DNA from: Eledone cirrhosa | Taxonomy: Eukaryota | NCBI GenBank assembly: GCA_964016885.1 | Contig: OZ024740.1 | Span: 23,808,001-23,872,000 of the forward strand | Length of the DNA stretch: 64,000 nt | Direction of reading: 5' to 3' | In this document: positions 1 to 14,000 of the stretch, one piece after another | Layout: each line of letters opens with the position of its first letter | How positions within the stretch are numbered: the stretch's first letter is position 1 | The notes under the pieces: generated by a model | Database searches by the model: none | Told to the model about the DNA's origin: nothing | Seen by the model: only the letters and a program-made list of their open reading frames with translations | Program-made: the position numbers and the translations under genes

Positions 1-2
1 AA

Positions 3-11
3 GCTGAGTCA
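3..11. promoter_or_regulatory. AP-1/TRE consensus TGAGTCA within an ARE/half-MARE-like GCTGAGTCA, present in most monomers (first instance given); sequence match only, function unknown
   Basis: GCTGAGTCA has the reverse complement TGACTCAGC, matching the bZIP TRE (TGASTCA) and the ARE core TGACnnnGC. There is no evidence of binding. Confidence 0.25.
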
Positions 12-329
12 AGCAACAGACCAACTGGTAGTTACGACAACATTGCTGACATATATAGCTTGTGTAGCTAGAGAAGGAAGCTGAGTCAACCAACAGACCA
101 ACTGGTAGTTACAACAACATGGCTGACATTTATATCTTGTGTAGCTAGATAATGAAGCTGAGTCTGCCAACAGACCTACTAGTAGTTACAACAACATGGC
201 TGACATATATAGCTTGTGTAGCTAGTGAAGGCAGCTGAGTCAACCAACAGACCAACTGGTAGTTACAACAACATGGCTGACATATATAGCTTGTGTAGCT
301 AGAGAAGGAAGCTGAGTCAACCAACAGAC

Positions 330-3300
330 CAACTGGTAGTTACAACAACATGGCTGACATATATAGTTTCTGTAGCTAGAGAAGGAAGCTAAGTCAACCA
401 ACAGACCTACTGGTAGTTACAACAACATGGCTGACATATATAGCTTCTGTAGCTAGAGAAGGAAGCTGAGTCAAGCAACAGACCAACTGGTAGTTACAAA
501 AACATGGCTGACATATATACCTTGTGTAGCTAGAGAAGGAAGCTGAGTCAACCAACAGACCGACTGGTAGTTACAACAACATGGCTGACATATATAGTTT
601 ATGTAGCTAGAGAAGGAAGTTGAGTCAACAACATACCAACTGGTAGTTACAACAACATGGCTGACATATATATCTTGTGTAGCTAGAGAAGGAAGCTGAG
701 TCTACCAACAGACCAATTGGTAGTTATAACAAAATGGCTGACATATATAGATTGTGTAGCTAGAGAAGGAAGCTGAGTCAGTCAACAGACCAGCTGGTAG
801 TTACAACAACATGGCTGACATTTATATCTTGTGTAGCTAGAGAAGGAAGCTGAGTCAACCAACAGACCAACTGGTAGTTACAACAACATGGCTGACATTT
901 ATAACTTGTGTAGCTAGATAATGAAGCTGAGTCAGCCAACAGACCTACTAGTAGTTACAACAACATGGCTGACTTATATAGCTTGTGTAGCTAGAGAAGG
1001 CAGCTGAGACAACTAACAGACCAACTGGTAGTTACAACAACATGGCTGACATATATAGCTTGTGTAGCTAGAGAAGGAAGCTGAGTCAACCAACAGACCG
1101 ACTGGTAGTTACAACAACATGGCTGACATATATAGCTTGTGTAGCTAGAGAAGGAAGCGGAGTCAACCAACAGACCAACTGGTAGTTACAACAACATGGC
1201 TGATATATATAGCTAGTGTAGCTTGAGAAGGAAGCTGAGTCAACCAACAGACCAACTGGTAGTTACAACAACATGGCTGACATATATATCTTGTGTAGCT
1301 ACTGAAGGAAGCTGATTTAACCAACAGACCTACTGGTAGTTACAACAAAAAGGCTGACATATATAGCTTGTGTAGCTAGAGAAGGAAGCTGACTCAACCA
1401 ACAGACCAACTGGTATTTACAACAACATGGCTGACATATATAGCTTCTGTAGCTAGAGAAGGAAGCTGAGTCTACCAACAGACCAATTGGTAGTTACAAC
1501 AACATGGCTGACATTTATATCTTGTGTAGCTAGAAAAGGAAGCTGAGTCAACCAAGAGACCAACTGGTAGTTACAACAACATGACTGACATATATAGCTT
1601 GTGTAGCTAGAGATCGAAGCTGAGTCAACCAACAGACCAACTGGTAGTTACAACAACATGGCTGACATTTATAACTTGTGTAGCTAGATAATGAAGCTGA
1701 GTCAGCCAACAGACCTACTAGTAGTTACAACAACATGGCTGACTTATATAGCTTGTGTAGCTAGAGAAGGCAGCTGAGACAACTAACAGACCAACTGGTA
1801 GTTACAACAACATGGCTGACATATATAGCTTGTGTAGCTAGAGAAGGAAGCTGAGTCAACCAACAGACCGACTGGTAGTTACAACAACATGGCTGAAATA
1901 TATAGCTTGTGTAGCTAGAGAAGGAAGCGGAGTCAACCAACAGACCAACTGGTAGTTACAACAACATGGCTGATATATATAGCTAGTGTAGCTTGAGAAG
2001 GAAGCTGAGTCAACCAACAGACCAACTGGTAGTTACAACAACATGGCTGACATATATATCTTGTGTAGCTACTGAAGGAAGCTGATTTAACCAACAGACC
2101 TACTGGTAGTTACAACAAAAAGGCTGACATATATAGCTTGTGTAGCTAGAGAAGGAAGCTGACTCAACCAACAGACCAACTGGTATTTATAACAACATGG
2201 CTGACATATATAGCTTCTGTAGCTAGAGAAGGAAGCTTAGTCTACCAACAGACCAATTGGTAGTTACAACAACATGGCTGACATATATAGCTTGTGTAGC
2301 TAGAGAAGGAAGATTAGTCAACCAACAGACCAACTGGTAGTTACAACAACATGGCTGACATTTATATCTTGTGTAGCTAGATAATGAAGCTGAGTCAGCC
2401 AACAGACCTACTAGTAGTTACAACAACATGGCTGACATATATAACTTGTGTAGCTAGAGAAGGCAGCTGAGTCAACCAACAGACCAACTGGTAGTTACAA
2501 CAACATGGCTGACATATATAGCTTGTGTAGCTAGAGAAGGAAACTGAGTCAGTCAACAGACCACCTGGTAGTTACAACAACATGGCTGACATATATAACT
2601 TGTGTAGCTAGAGAAGGAAGCTGAGTCACCCAACAGACCAACTGGTAGTTACAACAACATGGCTGATATATATAGCTTGTGTAGCTAGAGAAGGAAGCTG
2701 AGTCAGTCAACAGACCAACTGGTAGTTACAACAACATGGCTGACATATATAGCTTGTGTAGCTAGAGAAGGAAGCTGAGTCAACCAACAGACCGACTGGT
2801 AGTTACAACAACATGGCTGACATATATAGCTTGTGTAGCTAGAAAAGGAAGCTGAGTCAACCAACAGACCAACTGGTAGTTACAACAACATGGCTGACAT
2901 ATATATCTTGTGTAGCTAGAGAAAGAAGCTGAGTCAACCAACAGACAAACTGGTAGTTACAATAACATGGGTGACATTTATATCTTGTATAGCTAGAGAA
3001 GGAATCTGAGTCAACCAACAGACCAACTGGTAGTTACAACAACATGGCTGACATATATATCTTGTGTAGCTAGAGAAAGAAGCTGAGTCAACCAACAGAC
3101 CAACTCGTGGTTACAATAACATGGCTGACATTTATATCTTGTGTAGCTAGAGAATGAAGCTGAGTCAGCTAACAGACCTACTAGCAGTTACAACAACATG
3201 GCAGACATATATAGCTTGTGTAGCTAGAGAAGGCAGCTGAGTCAACCAACAGAACAACTGGTAGTTACAACAACATGGCTGACATATATAGTTTCTGTAG

Positions 3301-5440
3301 CTAGAGAAGGAAGCTAAGTCAACCAACAGACCTACTGGTAGTTACAACAACATGGCTGACATATATAGCTTCTGTAGCTAGAGAAGGAAGCTGAGTCAAG
3401 CAACAGACCAACTGGTAGTTACAAAAACATGGCTGACATATATACCTTGTGTAGCTAGAGAAGGAAGCTGAGTCAACCAACAGACCGACTGGTAGTTACA
3501 ACAACATGGCTGACATATATAGTTTATGTAGCTAGAGAAGGAAGTTGAGTCAACAACATACCAACTGGTAGTTACAACAACATGGCTGACATATATATCT
3601 TGTGTAGCTAGAGAAGGAAGCTGAGTCTACCAACAGACCAATTGGTAGTTATAACAAAATGGCTGACATATATAGATTGTGTAGCTAGAGAAGGAAGCTG
3701 AGTCAGTCAACAGACCAGCTGGTAGTTACAACAACATGGCTGACATTTATATCTTGTGTAGCTAGAGAAGGAAGCTGAGTCAACCAACAGACCAACTGGT
3801 AGTTACAACAACATGGCTGACATTTATAACTTGTGTAGCTAGATAATGAAGCTGAGTCAGCCAACAGACCTACTAGTAGTTACAACAACATGGCTGACTT
3901 ATATAGCTTGTGTAGCTAGAGAAGGCAGCTGAGACAACTAACAGACCAACTGGTAGTTACAACAACATGGCTGACATATATAGCTTGTGTAGCTAGAGAA
4001 GGAAGCTGAGTCAACCAACAGACCGACTGGTAGTTACAACAACATGGCTGACATATATAGCTTGTGTAGCTAGAGAAGGAAGCGGAGTCAACCAACAGAC
4101 CAACTGGTAGTTACAACAACATGGCTGATATATATAGCTAGTGTAGCTTGAGAAGGAAGCTGAGTCAACCAACAGACCAACTGGTAGTTACAACAACATG
4201 GCTGACATATATATCTTGTGTAGCTACTGAAGGAAGCTGATTTAACCAACAGACCTACTGGTAGTTACAACAAAAAGGCTGACATATATAGCTTGTGTAG
4301 CTAGAGAAGGAAGCTGACTCAACCAACAGACCAACTGGTATTTATAACAACATGGCTGACATATATAGCTTCTGTAGCTAGAGAAGGAAGCTTAGTCTAC
4401 CAACAGACCAATTGGTAGTTACAACAACATGGCTGACATATATAGCTTGTGTAGCTAGAGAAGGAAGATTAGTCAACCAACAGACCAACTGGTAGTTACA
4501 ACAACATGGCTGACATTTATATCTTGTGTAGCTAGATAATGAAGCTGAGTCAGCCAACAGACCTACTAGTAGTTACAACAACATGGCTGACATATATAAC
4601 TTGTGTAGCTAGAGAAGGCAGCTGAGTCAACCAACAGACCAACTGGTAGTTACAACAACATGGCTGACATATATAGCTTGTGTAGCTAGAGAAGGAAACT
4701 GAGTCAGTCAACAGACCACCTGGTAGTTACAACAACATGGCTGACATATACAACTTGTGTAGCTAGAGAAGGAAGCTGAGTCACCCAACAGACCAACTGG
4801 TAGTTACAACAACATGGCTGATATATATAGCTTGTGTAGCTAGAGAAGGAAGCTGAGTCTGTCAACAGACCAACTGGTAGTTACAACAACATGGCTGACA
4901 TATATAGCTTGTGTAGCTAGAGAAGGAAGCTGAGTCAACCAACAGACCGACTGGTAGTTACAACAACATGGCTGACATATATAGCTTGTGTAGCTAGAAA
5001 AGGAAGCTGAGTCAACCAACAGACCAACTGGTAGTTACAACAACATGGCTGACATATATATCTTGTGTAGCTAGAGAAAGAAGCTGAGTCAACCAACAGA
5101 CAAACTGGTAGTTACAATAACATGGGTGACATTTATATCTTGTATAGCTAGAGAAGGAATCTGAGTCAACCAACAGACCAACTGGTAGTTACAACAACAT
5201 GGCTGACATATATATCTTGTGTAGCTAGAGAAAGAAGCTGAGTCAACCAACAGACCAACTCGTGGTTACAATAACATGGCTGACATTTATATCTTGTGTA
5301 GCTAGAGAATGAAGCTGAGTCAGCTAACAGACCTACTAGCAGTTACAACAACATGGCAGACATATATAGCTTGTGTAGCTAGAGAAGGCAGCTGAGTCAA
5401 CCAACAGAACAACTGGTAGTTACAACAACATGGCTGACAT
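330..5440 (+). repeat. Two copies of a 28-monomer unit (2155 bp); the first copy is enlarged to 38 monomers by an internal 10-mer (770 bp) duplication
   Basis: CAACTCGTGG at 3101 and 5256 (offset 2155 = 28x77-1). CAGCTGAGACAACTAAC at 1001, 1771 (offset 770) and 3926. The 76-bp monomer TGAGTCAACAACATACC is at 621 and 3546 (offset 2925 = 38x77-1). Confidence 0.85.
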
Positions 5441-8400
5441 ATATAGCTTGTGTAGCTAGAGAAGGAAGCTGAGTCAAGCAACAGACCAACTGGTAGTTAC
5501 AACAACATGGCTGACATATATAGCTTGTGTAGCTAGAGAAGGAAGCTGAGTCAACCAACAGACCAACTGGTAGTTACAACAACATGGCTGACATTTATAT
5601 CTTGTGTAGCTAGATAATGAAGCTGAGTCTGCCAACAGACCTACTAGTAGTTACAACAACATGGCTGACATATATAGCTTGTGTAGCTAGTGAAGGCAGC
5701 TGAGTCAACCAACAGACCAACTGGTAGTTACAACAACATGGCTGACATATATAGCTTGTGTAGCTAGAGAAGGAAGCTGAGTCAACCAACAGACCAACTG
5801 GTAGTTACAGCAACATGGCTGACATATATAGTTTCTGTAGCTAGAGAAGGAAGCTAAGTCAACCAACAGACCTACTGGTAGTTACAACAACATGGCTGAC
5901 ATATATAGCTTCTGTAGCTAGAGAAGGAAGCTGAGTCAAGCAACAGACCAACTGGTAGTTACAAAAACATGGCTGACATATATACCTTGTGTAGCTAGAG
6001 AAGGAAGCTGATTCAACCAACAGACCGACTGGTAGTTACAACAACATGGCTGACATATATAGTTTATGTAGCTAGAGAAGGAAGTTGAGTCAACAACAGA
6101 CCAACTGGTAGTTACAACAACATGGCTGAGATTTATATCTTGAGTAGCTAGAGAATGAAGCTGAGTCAGCCAACAGACCTACTAGTAGTTACAGCATGGC
6201 TGACATATATAGCTTGTGTAGCTAGATAATGAAGCTGAGTCAGCCAACAGACCTACTAGTAGTTACAACAACATGGCTGACATATATAGCTTGTGTAGCT
6301 AGAGAAGGCAGCTGAGTCAACCAACAGACCAACTGGTAGTTACAACAACATGGCTGACATATATAACTTGTGTAGCTAGAGAAGGAAGCTGAGTCACCCA
6401 ACAGACCAACTGGTAGTTACAACAACATGGCTGATATATATAGCTTGTGTAGCTAGAGAAGGAAGCTGAGTCAGTCAACAGACCAACTGGTAGTTACAAC
6501 AACATGGCTGACATATATAGCTTGTGTAGCTAGAGAAGGAAGCTGAGTCAACCAACAGACCGACTGGTAGTTACAACAACATGGCTGACATATATAGCTT
6601 GTGTAGCTAGAAAAGGAAGCTGAGTCAACCAACAGACCAACTGGTAGTTACAACAACATGGCTGACATATATATCTTGTGTAGCTAGAGAAAGAAGCTGA
6701 GTCAACCAACAGACAAACTGGTAGTTACAATAACATGGGTGACATTTATATCTTGTATAGCTAGAGAAGGAATCTGAGTCAACCAACAGACCAACTGGTA
6801 GTTACAACAACATGGCTGACATATATATCTTGTGTAGCTAGAGAAAGAAGCTGAGTCAACCAACAGACCAACTCGTGGTTACAATAACATGGCTGACATT
6901 TATATCTTGTGTAGCTAGAGAATGAAGCTGAGTCAGCTAACAGACCTACTAGCAGTTACAACAACATGGCAGACATATATAGATTGTGTAGCTAGAGAAG
7001 GAAGCTGAGTCAGTCAACAGACCAACTAGTAGTTACAACAACATGGCTGACATATATATCATGTGTAGCTAGAGAAGGAAGCTGAATCAACCAACAGACC
7101 AACTGGTAGTTACAACAACATGGCTGACATATATAGCTTATGTAGCTAGAGAAGGAAGCTGAGTCAACCAACAGACCAAGTGGTAGTTACAACAACATGG
7201 CTGACATATATAGCTTGGGTAGCTAGAGATGGAAGCTGAGTCAACCAACAGACCAACTGGTAGTTACAACAACATGGCTGACATTTATATCTTGTGTAGC
7301 TAGATAATGAAGCTGAGTCAGCCAACAGACCTACTAGTAGTTACAACAACATGGCTGACATATATAGCTTGTGTAGCTAGAGAAGGCAGCTGAGTCAACC
7401 AACAGACCAACTGGTAGTTACAACAACATGGCTGACATATATATCTTGTGTAGCTAGAGAAGGAAGCTGAGTCTACCAACAGACCAATTGGTAGTTACAA
7501 CAAAATGGCTGACAAATATAGATTGTGTAGCTAGAGAAGGAAGCTGAGTCAGTCAACAGACCAGCTGGTAGTTACAACAACATGGCTGACATTTATATCT
7601 TGTGTAGCTAGAGAAGGAAGCTGTGTCAACCGACAGACCTACTAGTAATTTCAACAACATGGCTGACATATATAGCTTGTGTAGGTAGAGAAGGAAGCTG
7701 AGTCTACCAACAGACCAAATGGTAGTAACAACAACATGGCTGAGATTTATATCTTGAGTAGCTAGAGAAAGAAACTGAATCAGTCAACAGACCAACTGGT
7801 AGTTACAACAACATGGCTGACATATATAGCTTGTGTAGCTAAAGAAGGAAGCTGAGTCAACCAACAGACCAACTGGTAGTTACAACAACATGGCTGACAT
7901 ATATAGCTTCTGTAGCTAGAGAAGGAAGCTAAGTCAACCAACAGACCTACTGGTAGTTACAACAACATGGCTGACATATATAGCTTCTGTAGCTAGAGAA
8001 GGAAGCTGAGTCAAGCAACAGACCAACTGGTAGTTACAACAACATGGCTGACATATATAGCTTGTGTAGCTAGAGAAGGAAGCTGACTCAACCAACAGAC
8101 CAACTCGTATTTACAACAACATGGCTGACATATATAGCTTCTGTAGCTAGAGAAGGAAGCTGAGTCAAGCAACAGACCAACTGGTAGTTACAACAACATG
8201 GCTGACATATATAGCTTATGTAGCTAGAGAAGGAAGCTAAGTCAACCAACAGACCTACTGGTAGTTACAACAACATGGCTGACATATATAGCTTCTGTAG
8301 CTAGAGAAGGAAGCTGAGTCAAGCAACAGACCAACTGGTAGTTACAACAACATGGCTGACATATATAGCTTGTGTAGCTAGTGAAGGAAGCTGAGTCTAC

Positions 8401-11024
8401 CAACAGACCAATTGGTAGTTACAACAACATGGCTGACAATTATATCTTGTGTAGCTAGAGAAGGTAGCTGAGTCAACCAACAGACCAACTGGTAGTTACA
8501 ACAACATGGCTGACATATATAGCTTGTGTAGCTAGAGAAGGAAGCTGAGTCAACCAACAGACCAACTGGTAGTTACCATAACATGGCTGACATATATATC
8601 TTGTGTAGCTAGTGAAGGAAGCTGATTTAACCAACAGACCTACTGGTAGTTACAACAAAATGGCTGACATATATAGCTTGTGTAGCTAGAGAAGAAAGCT
8701 GACTCAACCAACAGACCAACTCGTATTTACAACAACATGGCTGACATATATAGCTTCTGTAGCTAGAGAAGGAAGCTGAGTCAAGCAACAGACCAACTGG
8801 TAGTTACAACAACATGGCTGACATATATAGCTTCTGTAGCTAGAGAAGGAAGCTGAGTCAACCAACAGACCAACTGGTAGTTACAACAACATGGCTGATA
8901 TATATAGCTTGTGTAGCTTGATAAGGAAGCTGAGTCAAACAACAGACCAACTGGTAGTCACAACAACATGGCTGACATATATATCTTGTGTAGCTAGTGA
9001 AGGAAGCTGAGTCTACCAACAGACCAATTGGTAGTTACAACAACATGGCTGACATTTATATCTTGTGTAGCTAGAGAAGGAAGCTGAGTCAACCAACAGA
9101 CCAACTGGTAGTTACAACAACATGGCTGACATATATATCTTGTGTAGCTAGAGAAAGAAGCTGAGTCAACCAACCGACCAACTGGTAGTTACAACAACAT
9201 GGCTGACATTTATATCTTGTGTAGCTAGAGAATGAAGCTGAGTCAGCCAACAGACCTACTAGCAGTTACAACAACATGGCAGACATATATAGCTTGTGTA
9301 GCTAGAGAAGGCAGCTGAGTCAAGCAACAGACCAAATGGTAGTTACAACAACATGGCTGACATATATAGCTTGTGTAGCTAGAGAAGGAAGCTGAGTCAA
9401 ACAACAGACCAACTGGTAGTTACAACAACATGGCTGACATATATAGCTTGTGTAGCTAGAGATGGAAGGTGAGTCAACCAACAGACCAACTGGTAGTTAC
9501 AACAACATGGCTGACATTTATATCTTGTGTAGCTAGATAATGAAGCTGAGTCAGCCAACAGACCTACTAGTAGTTACAACAACATGGCTGACATATATAG
9601 CTCCTGTAGCTAGAGAAGGCAGCTGAGTCAACCAACAGACCAACTGGTAGTTACAACAACATGGCTGACATATATAGCTTGTGTAGCTAGAGAAGGAAGC
9701 TGAGTCAACCAACAGACAAACTGGTAGTTACAACAACATGGCTGACATATAGAGTTTCTGTAGCTAGAGAAGGAAGCTAAGTCAACCAACAGACCTACTG
9801 GTAGTTACAACAACATGGCTGACATATATAGCTTCTGTAGCTAGAGAAGGAAGCTGAGTCAAGCAACAGACCAACTGGTAGTTACGACAACATGGCTGAC
9901 ATTTATATCTTGTGTAGCTAGAGAAGGAAGCTGAGTCAACCAACAGACCAACTGGTAGTTACAACAACATGGCTGACATTTATATCTTGTGTAGCTAGAG
10001 AATGAAGCTGAGTCAGCCAACAGACCTACTAGTAGTTACAACAACATGGCTGACATATATAGCTTGTGTAGCTAGAGATGGAAGCTGAGTCAACCAACAG
10101 ACCAACTGGTAGTTACAACAACATGGCTGACATTTATATCTTGTGTAGCTAGATAATGAAGCTGAGTCAGCCAACAGACCTACCAGTAGTTACAACAACA
10201 TGGCTGACATATATAGCTCGTGTAGCTAGAGAAGGCAGCTGAGTCAACCAACAGACCAACTGGTAGTTACAACAACATGGCTGACATATATAGCTTGTGT
10301 AGCTAGAGAAGGAAGCTGAGTCAACCAACAGACAAACTGGTAGTTACAACAACATGGCTGACGTATATAGTTTCTGTAGCTAGAGAAGGAAGCTGAATCA
10401 ACCAACAGACCAACTGGTAGTTATAACAATATGGCCGACATATATAGCTTATGTAGCTAGAGAAGGAAGCTGAGTCAACCAACAGACCAACTGGTAGTTA
10501 CAACAACATGTCTGACATATATATCTTGTGTAGCTAGAGAAGGAAGCTGAGTCAACCAACAGACCAACTGGTAGTAACAACAACATGGCTGACATTTATA
10601 TCTTGAGTAGCTAGAGAATGAAGCTGAGTCAGCCAACAGACCTACTAGTAGTTACAACAACATGGCTGACATATATAGCTTGTGTAGCTAGACAAGGAAG
10701 CTGAGTCAACCAACAGACCAACTGGTAGTTACAACAACATGGCCGACATATATAGCTTGTGTAGCTAGAGAAGGAAGCTAAGTCAACCAACAGACCAACT
10801 GGTAGTTACAACAACATGGCTGACATGTATAGCTTCTGTAGCTAGAGAAGGAAGCTGAGTCAAGCAACAGACCAACTGGTAGTTACAACAACATGGCTGA
10901 CATATATATCTTGTGTAGTTAGAGAAGGAAGCTGAGTCAACCAACAGACCAATTGGTAGTTACAACAACATGGCTGACATTTATATCTTGTGTAGCTAGA
11001 GAAGGAAGCTGAGTCAACCAACAG

Positions 11025-14000
11025 ACCAACTGGTAGTTACAACAACATGGCTGACATTTATATCTTGTGTAGCTAGATAATGAAGCTGAGTCAGCCAACA
11101 GACCTACCAGTAGTTACAACAACATGGCTGACATATATAGCTCGTGTAGCTAGAGAAGGCAGCTGAGTCAACCAACAGACCAACTGGTAGTTACAACAAC
11201 ATGGCTGACATATATAGCTTGTGTAGCTAGAGAAGGAAGCTGAGTCAACCAACAGACAAACTGGTAGTTACAACAACATGGCTGACGTATATAGTTTCTG
11301 TAGCTAGAGAAGGAAGCTAAGTCAACCAACAGACCTACTGGTAGTTACAACAACATGGCTGACATATATAGCTTCTGTAGCTAGAGAAGGTAGCTGTGTC
11401 AAGCAATAGACCAACTGGTAGTTACAACAACATGGCTGACATATATAGCTTGTGTAGCTAGAGAAGGAAGCTGAGTCAACCAACAGACCAACTGGTAGTT
11501 ACAACAACATGGCTGACATATATAGCTTCTGTAGCTAGAGAAGGCAGCTGAGTCAACCAACAGAACAACTGGTAGTTACAACAACATGGCTGATATATAT
11601 AGCTTGTGTAGCTAGAGAAGGAAGCTGAGTCAGTCACCAGACCAACTAGTAGTTACAACAACATGGCTGATATATATATATCATGTGTAGCTAGAGAAGG
11701 AAGCTGAATCAACCAACAGACCAACTGGTAGTTACAACAATATGGCCGACATATATAGCTTATGTAGCTAGAGAAGGAAGCTGAGTCAACCAACAGACCA
11801 ACTGGTAGTTACAACAACATGGCTGACATATATATCTTGTGTAGCTAGAGAAGGAAGCTGAGTCAACCAACAGACCAACTGGTAGTAACAACAACATGGC
11901 TGACATTTATATCTTGAGTAGCTAGAGAATGAAGCTGAGTCAGCCAACAGACCTACTAGTAGTTACAACAACATGGCTGACATATATAGCTTGTGTAGCT
12001 AGACAAGGAAGCTGAGTCAACCAACAGACCAACTGGTAGTTACAACAACATGGCTGACATATATAGCTTCTGTAGCTAGAGAAGGAAGCTAAGTCAACCA
12101 ACAGACCAACTGGTAGTTACAACAACATGGCTGACATGTATAGCTTCTGTAGCTAGAGAAGGAAGCTGAGTCAAGCAACAGACCAACTGGTAGTTACAAC
12201 AACATGGCTGACATATATATCTTGTGTAGTTAGAGAAGGAAGCTGAGTCAACCAACAGACCAATTGGTAGTTACAACAACATGGCTGACATTTATATCTT
12301 GTGTAGCTAGATAATGAAGCTGAGTCAGCCAACAGACCTACCAGTAGTTACAACAACATGGCTGACATATATAGCTTGTGTAGCTAGACAAGGAAGCTGA
12401 GTCAACCAACAGACCAACTGGTAGTTACAACAACATGGCTGACGTATATAGTTTCTGTAGCTAGAGAAGGAAGCTAAGTCAACCAACAGACCTACTGGTA
12501 GTTACAACAACATGGCTGACATATATAGCTTCTGTAGCTAGAGAAGGAAGCTGAGTCAAGCAACAGACCAACTGGTAGTTACAACAACATGGCTGACATA
12601 TATAGCTTGTGTAGCTAGAGAAGGCAGCTGAGTCAACCAACAGACCAACTGGTAGTTACAACAACATGGCTGACATATATAGCTTGTGTAGCTAGAGAAG
12701 GAAGCTGAGTCAACCAACAGACAAACTGGTAGTTACAACAACATGGCTGACGTATATAGTTTCTGTAGCTAGAGAAGGAAGCTAAGTCAACCAACAGACC
12801 TACTGGTAGTTACAACAACATGGCTGACATATATAGCTTCTGTAGCTAGAGAAGGTAGCTGTGTCAAGCAACAGACCAACTGGTAGTTACAACAACATGG
12901 CTGACATATATAGCTTGTGTAGCTAGAGAAGGAAGCTGAGTCAACCAACAGACCAACTGGTAGTTACAACAACATGGCTGACATATATAGCTTCTGTAGC
13001 TAGAGAAGGCAGCTGAGTCAACCAACAGAACAACTGGTAGTTACAACAACATGGCTGATATATATAGCTTGTGTAGCTAGAGAAGGAAGCTGAGTCAGTC
13101 ACCAGACCAACTAGTAGTTACAACAACATGGCTGATATATATATATCATGTGTAGCTAGAGAAGGAAGCTGAATCAACCAACAGACCAACTGGTAGTTAC
13201 AACAATATGGCCGACATATATAGCTTATGTAGCTAGAGAAGGAAGCTGAGTCAACCAACAGACCAACTGGTAGTTACAACAACATGGCTGACATATATAT
13301 CTTGTGTAGCTAGAGAAGGAAGCTGAGTCAACCAACAGACCAACTGGTAGTAACAACAACATGGCTGACATTTATATCTTGAGTAGCTAGAGAATGAAGC
13401 TGAGTCAGCCAACAGACCTACTAGTAGTTACAACAACATGGCTGACATATATAGCTTGTGTAGCTAGACAAGGAAGCTGAGTCAACCAACAGACCAACTG
13501 GTAGTTACAACAACATGGCTGACATATATAGCTTCTGTAGCTAGAGAAGGAAGCTAAGTCAACCAACAGACCAACTGGTAGTTACAACAACATGGCTGAC
13601 ATGTATAGCTTCTGTAGCTAGAGAAGGAAGCTGAGTCAAGCAACAGACCAACTGGTAGTTACAACAACATGGCTGACATATATATCTTGTGTAGTTAGAG
13701 AAGGAAGCTGAGTCAACCAACAGAGCAATTGGTAGTTACAACAACATGGCTGACATTTATATCTTGTGTAGCTAGATAATGAAGCTGAGTCAGCCAACAG
13801 ACCTACCAGTAGTTACAACAACATGGCTGACATATATAGCTTGTGTAGCTAGACAAGGAAGCTGAGTCAACCAACAGACCAACTGGTAGTTACAACAACA
13901 TGGCTGACGTATATAGTTTCTGTAGCTAGAGAAGGAAGCTAAGTCAACCAACAGACCTACTGGTAGTTACAACAACATGGCTGACATATATAGCTTCTGT

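Noticed and set aside
1-77. Satellite-encoded hammerhead ribozyme, as in newt, cricket and schistosome satellites
   Set aside because: CTGA occurs twice but as CTGAGTC and CTGACAT, not CUGANGA. The consensus has no GAAA core, and the minus strand has no CTGA.
1-77. tRNA or tRNA-derived tandem array (tRNA-like length)
   Set aside because: No T-loop GTTC(G/A)A or B-box, no cloverleaf and no acceptor stem on either strand.
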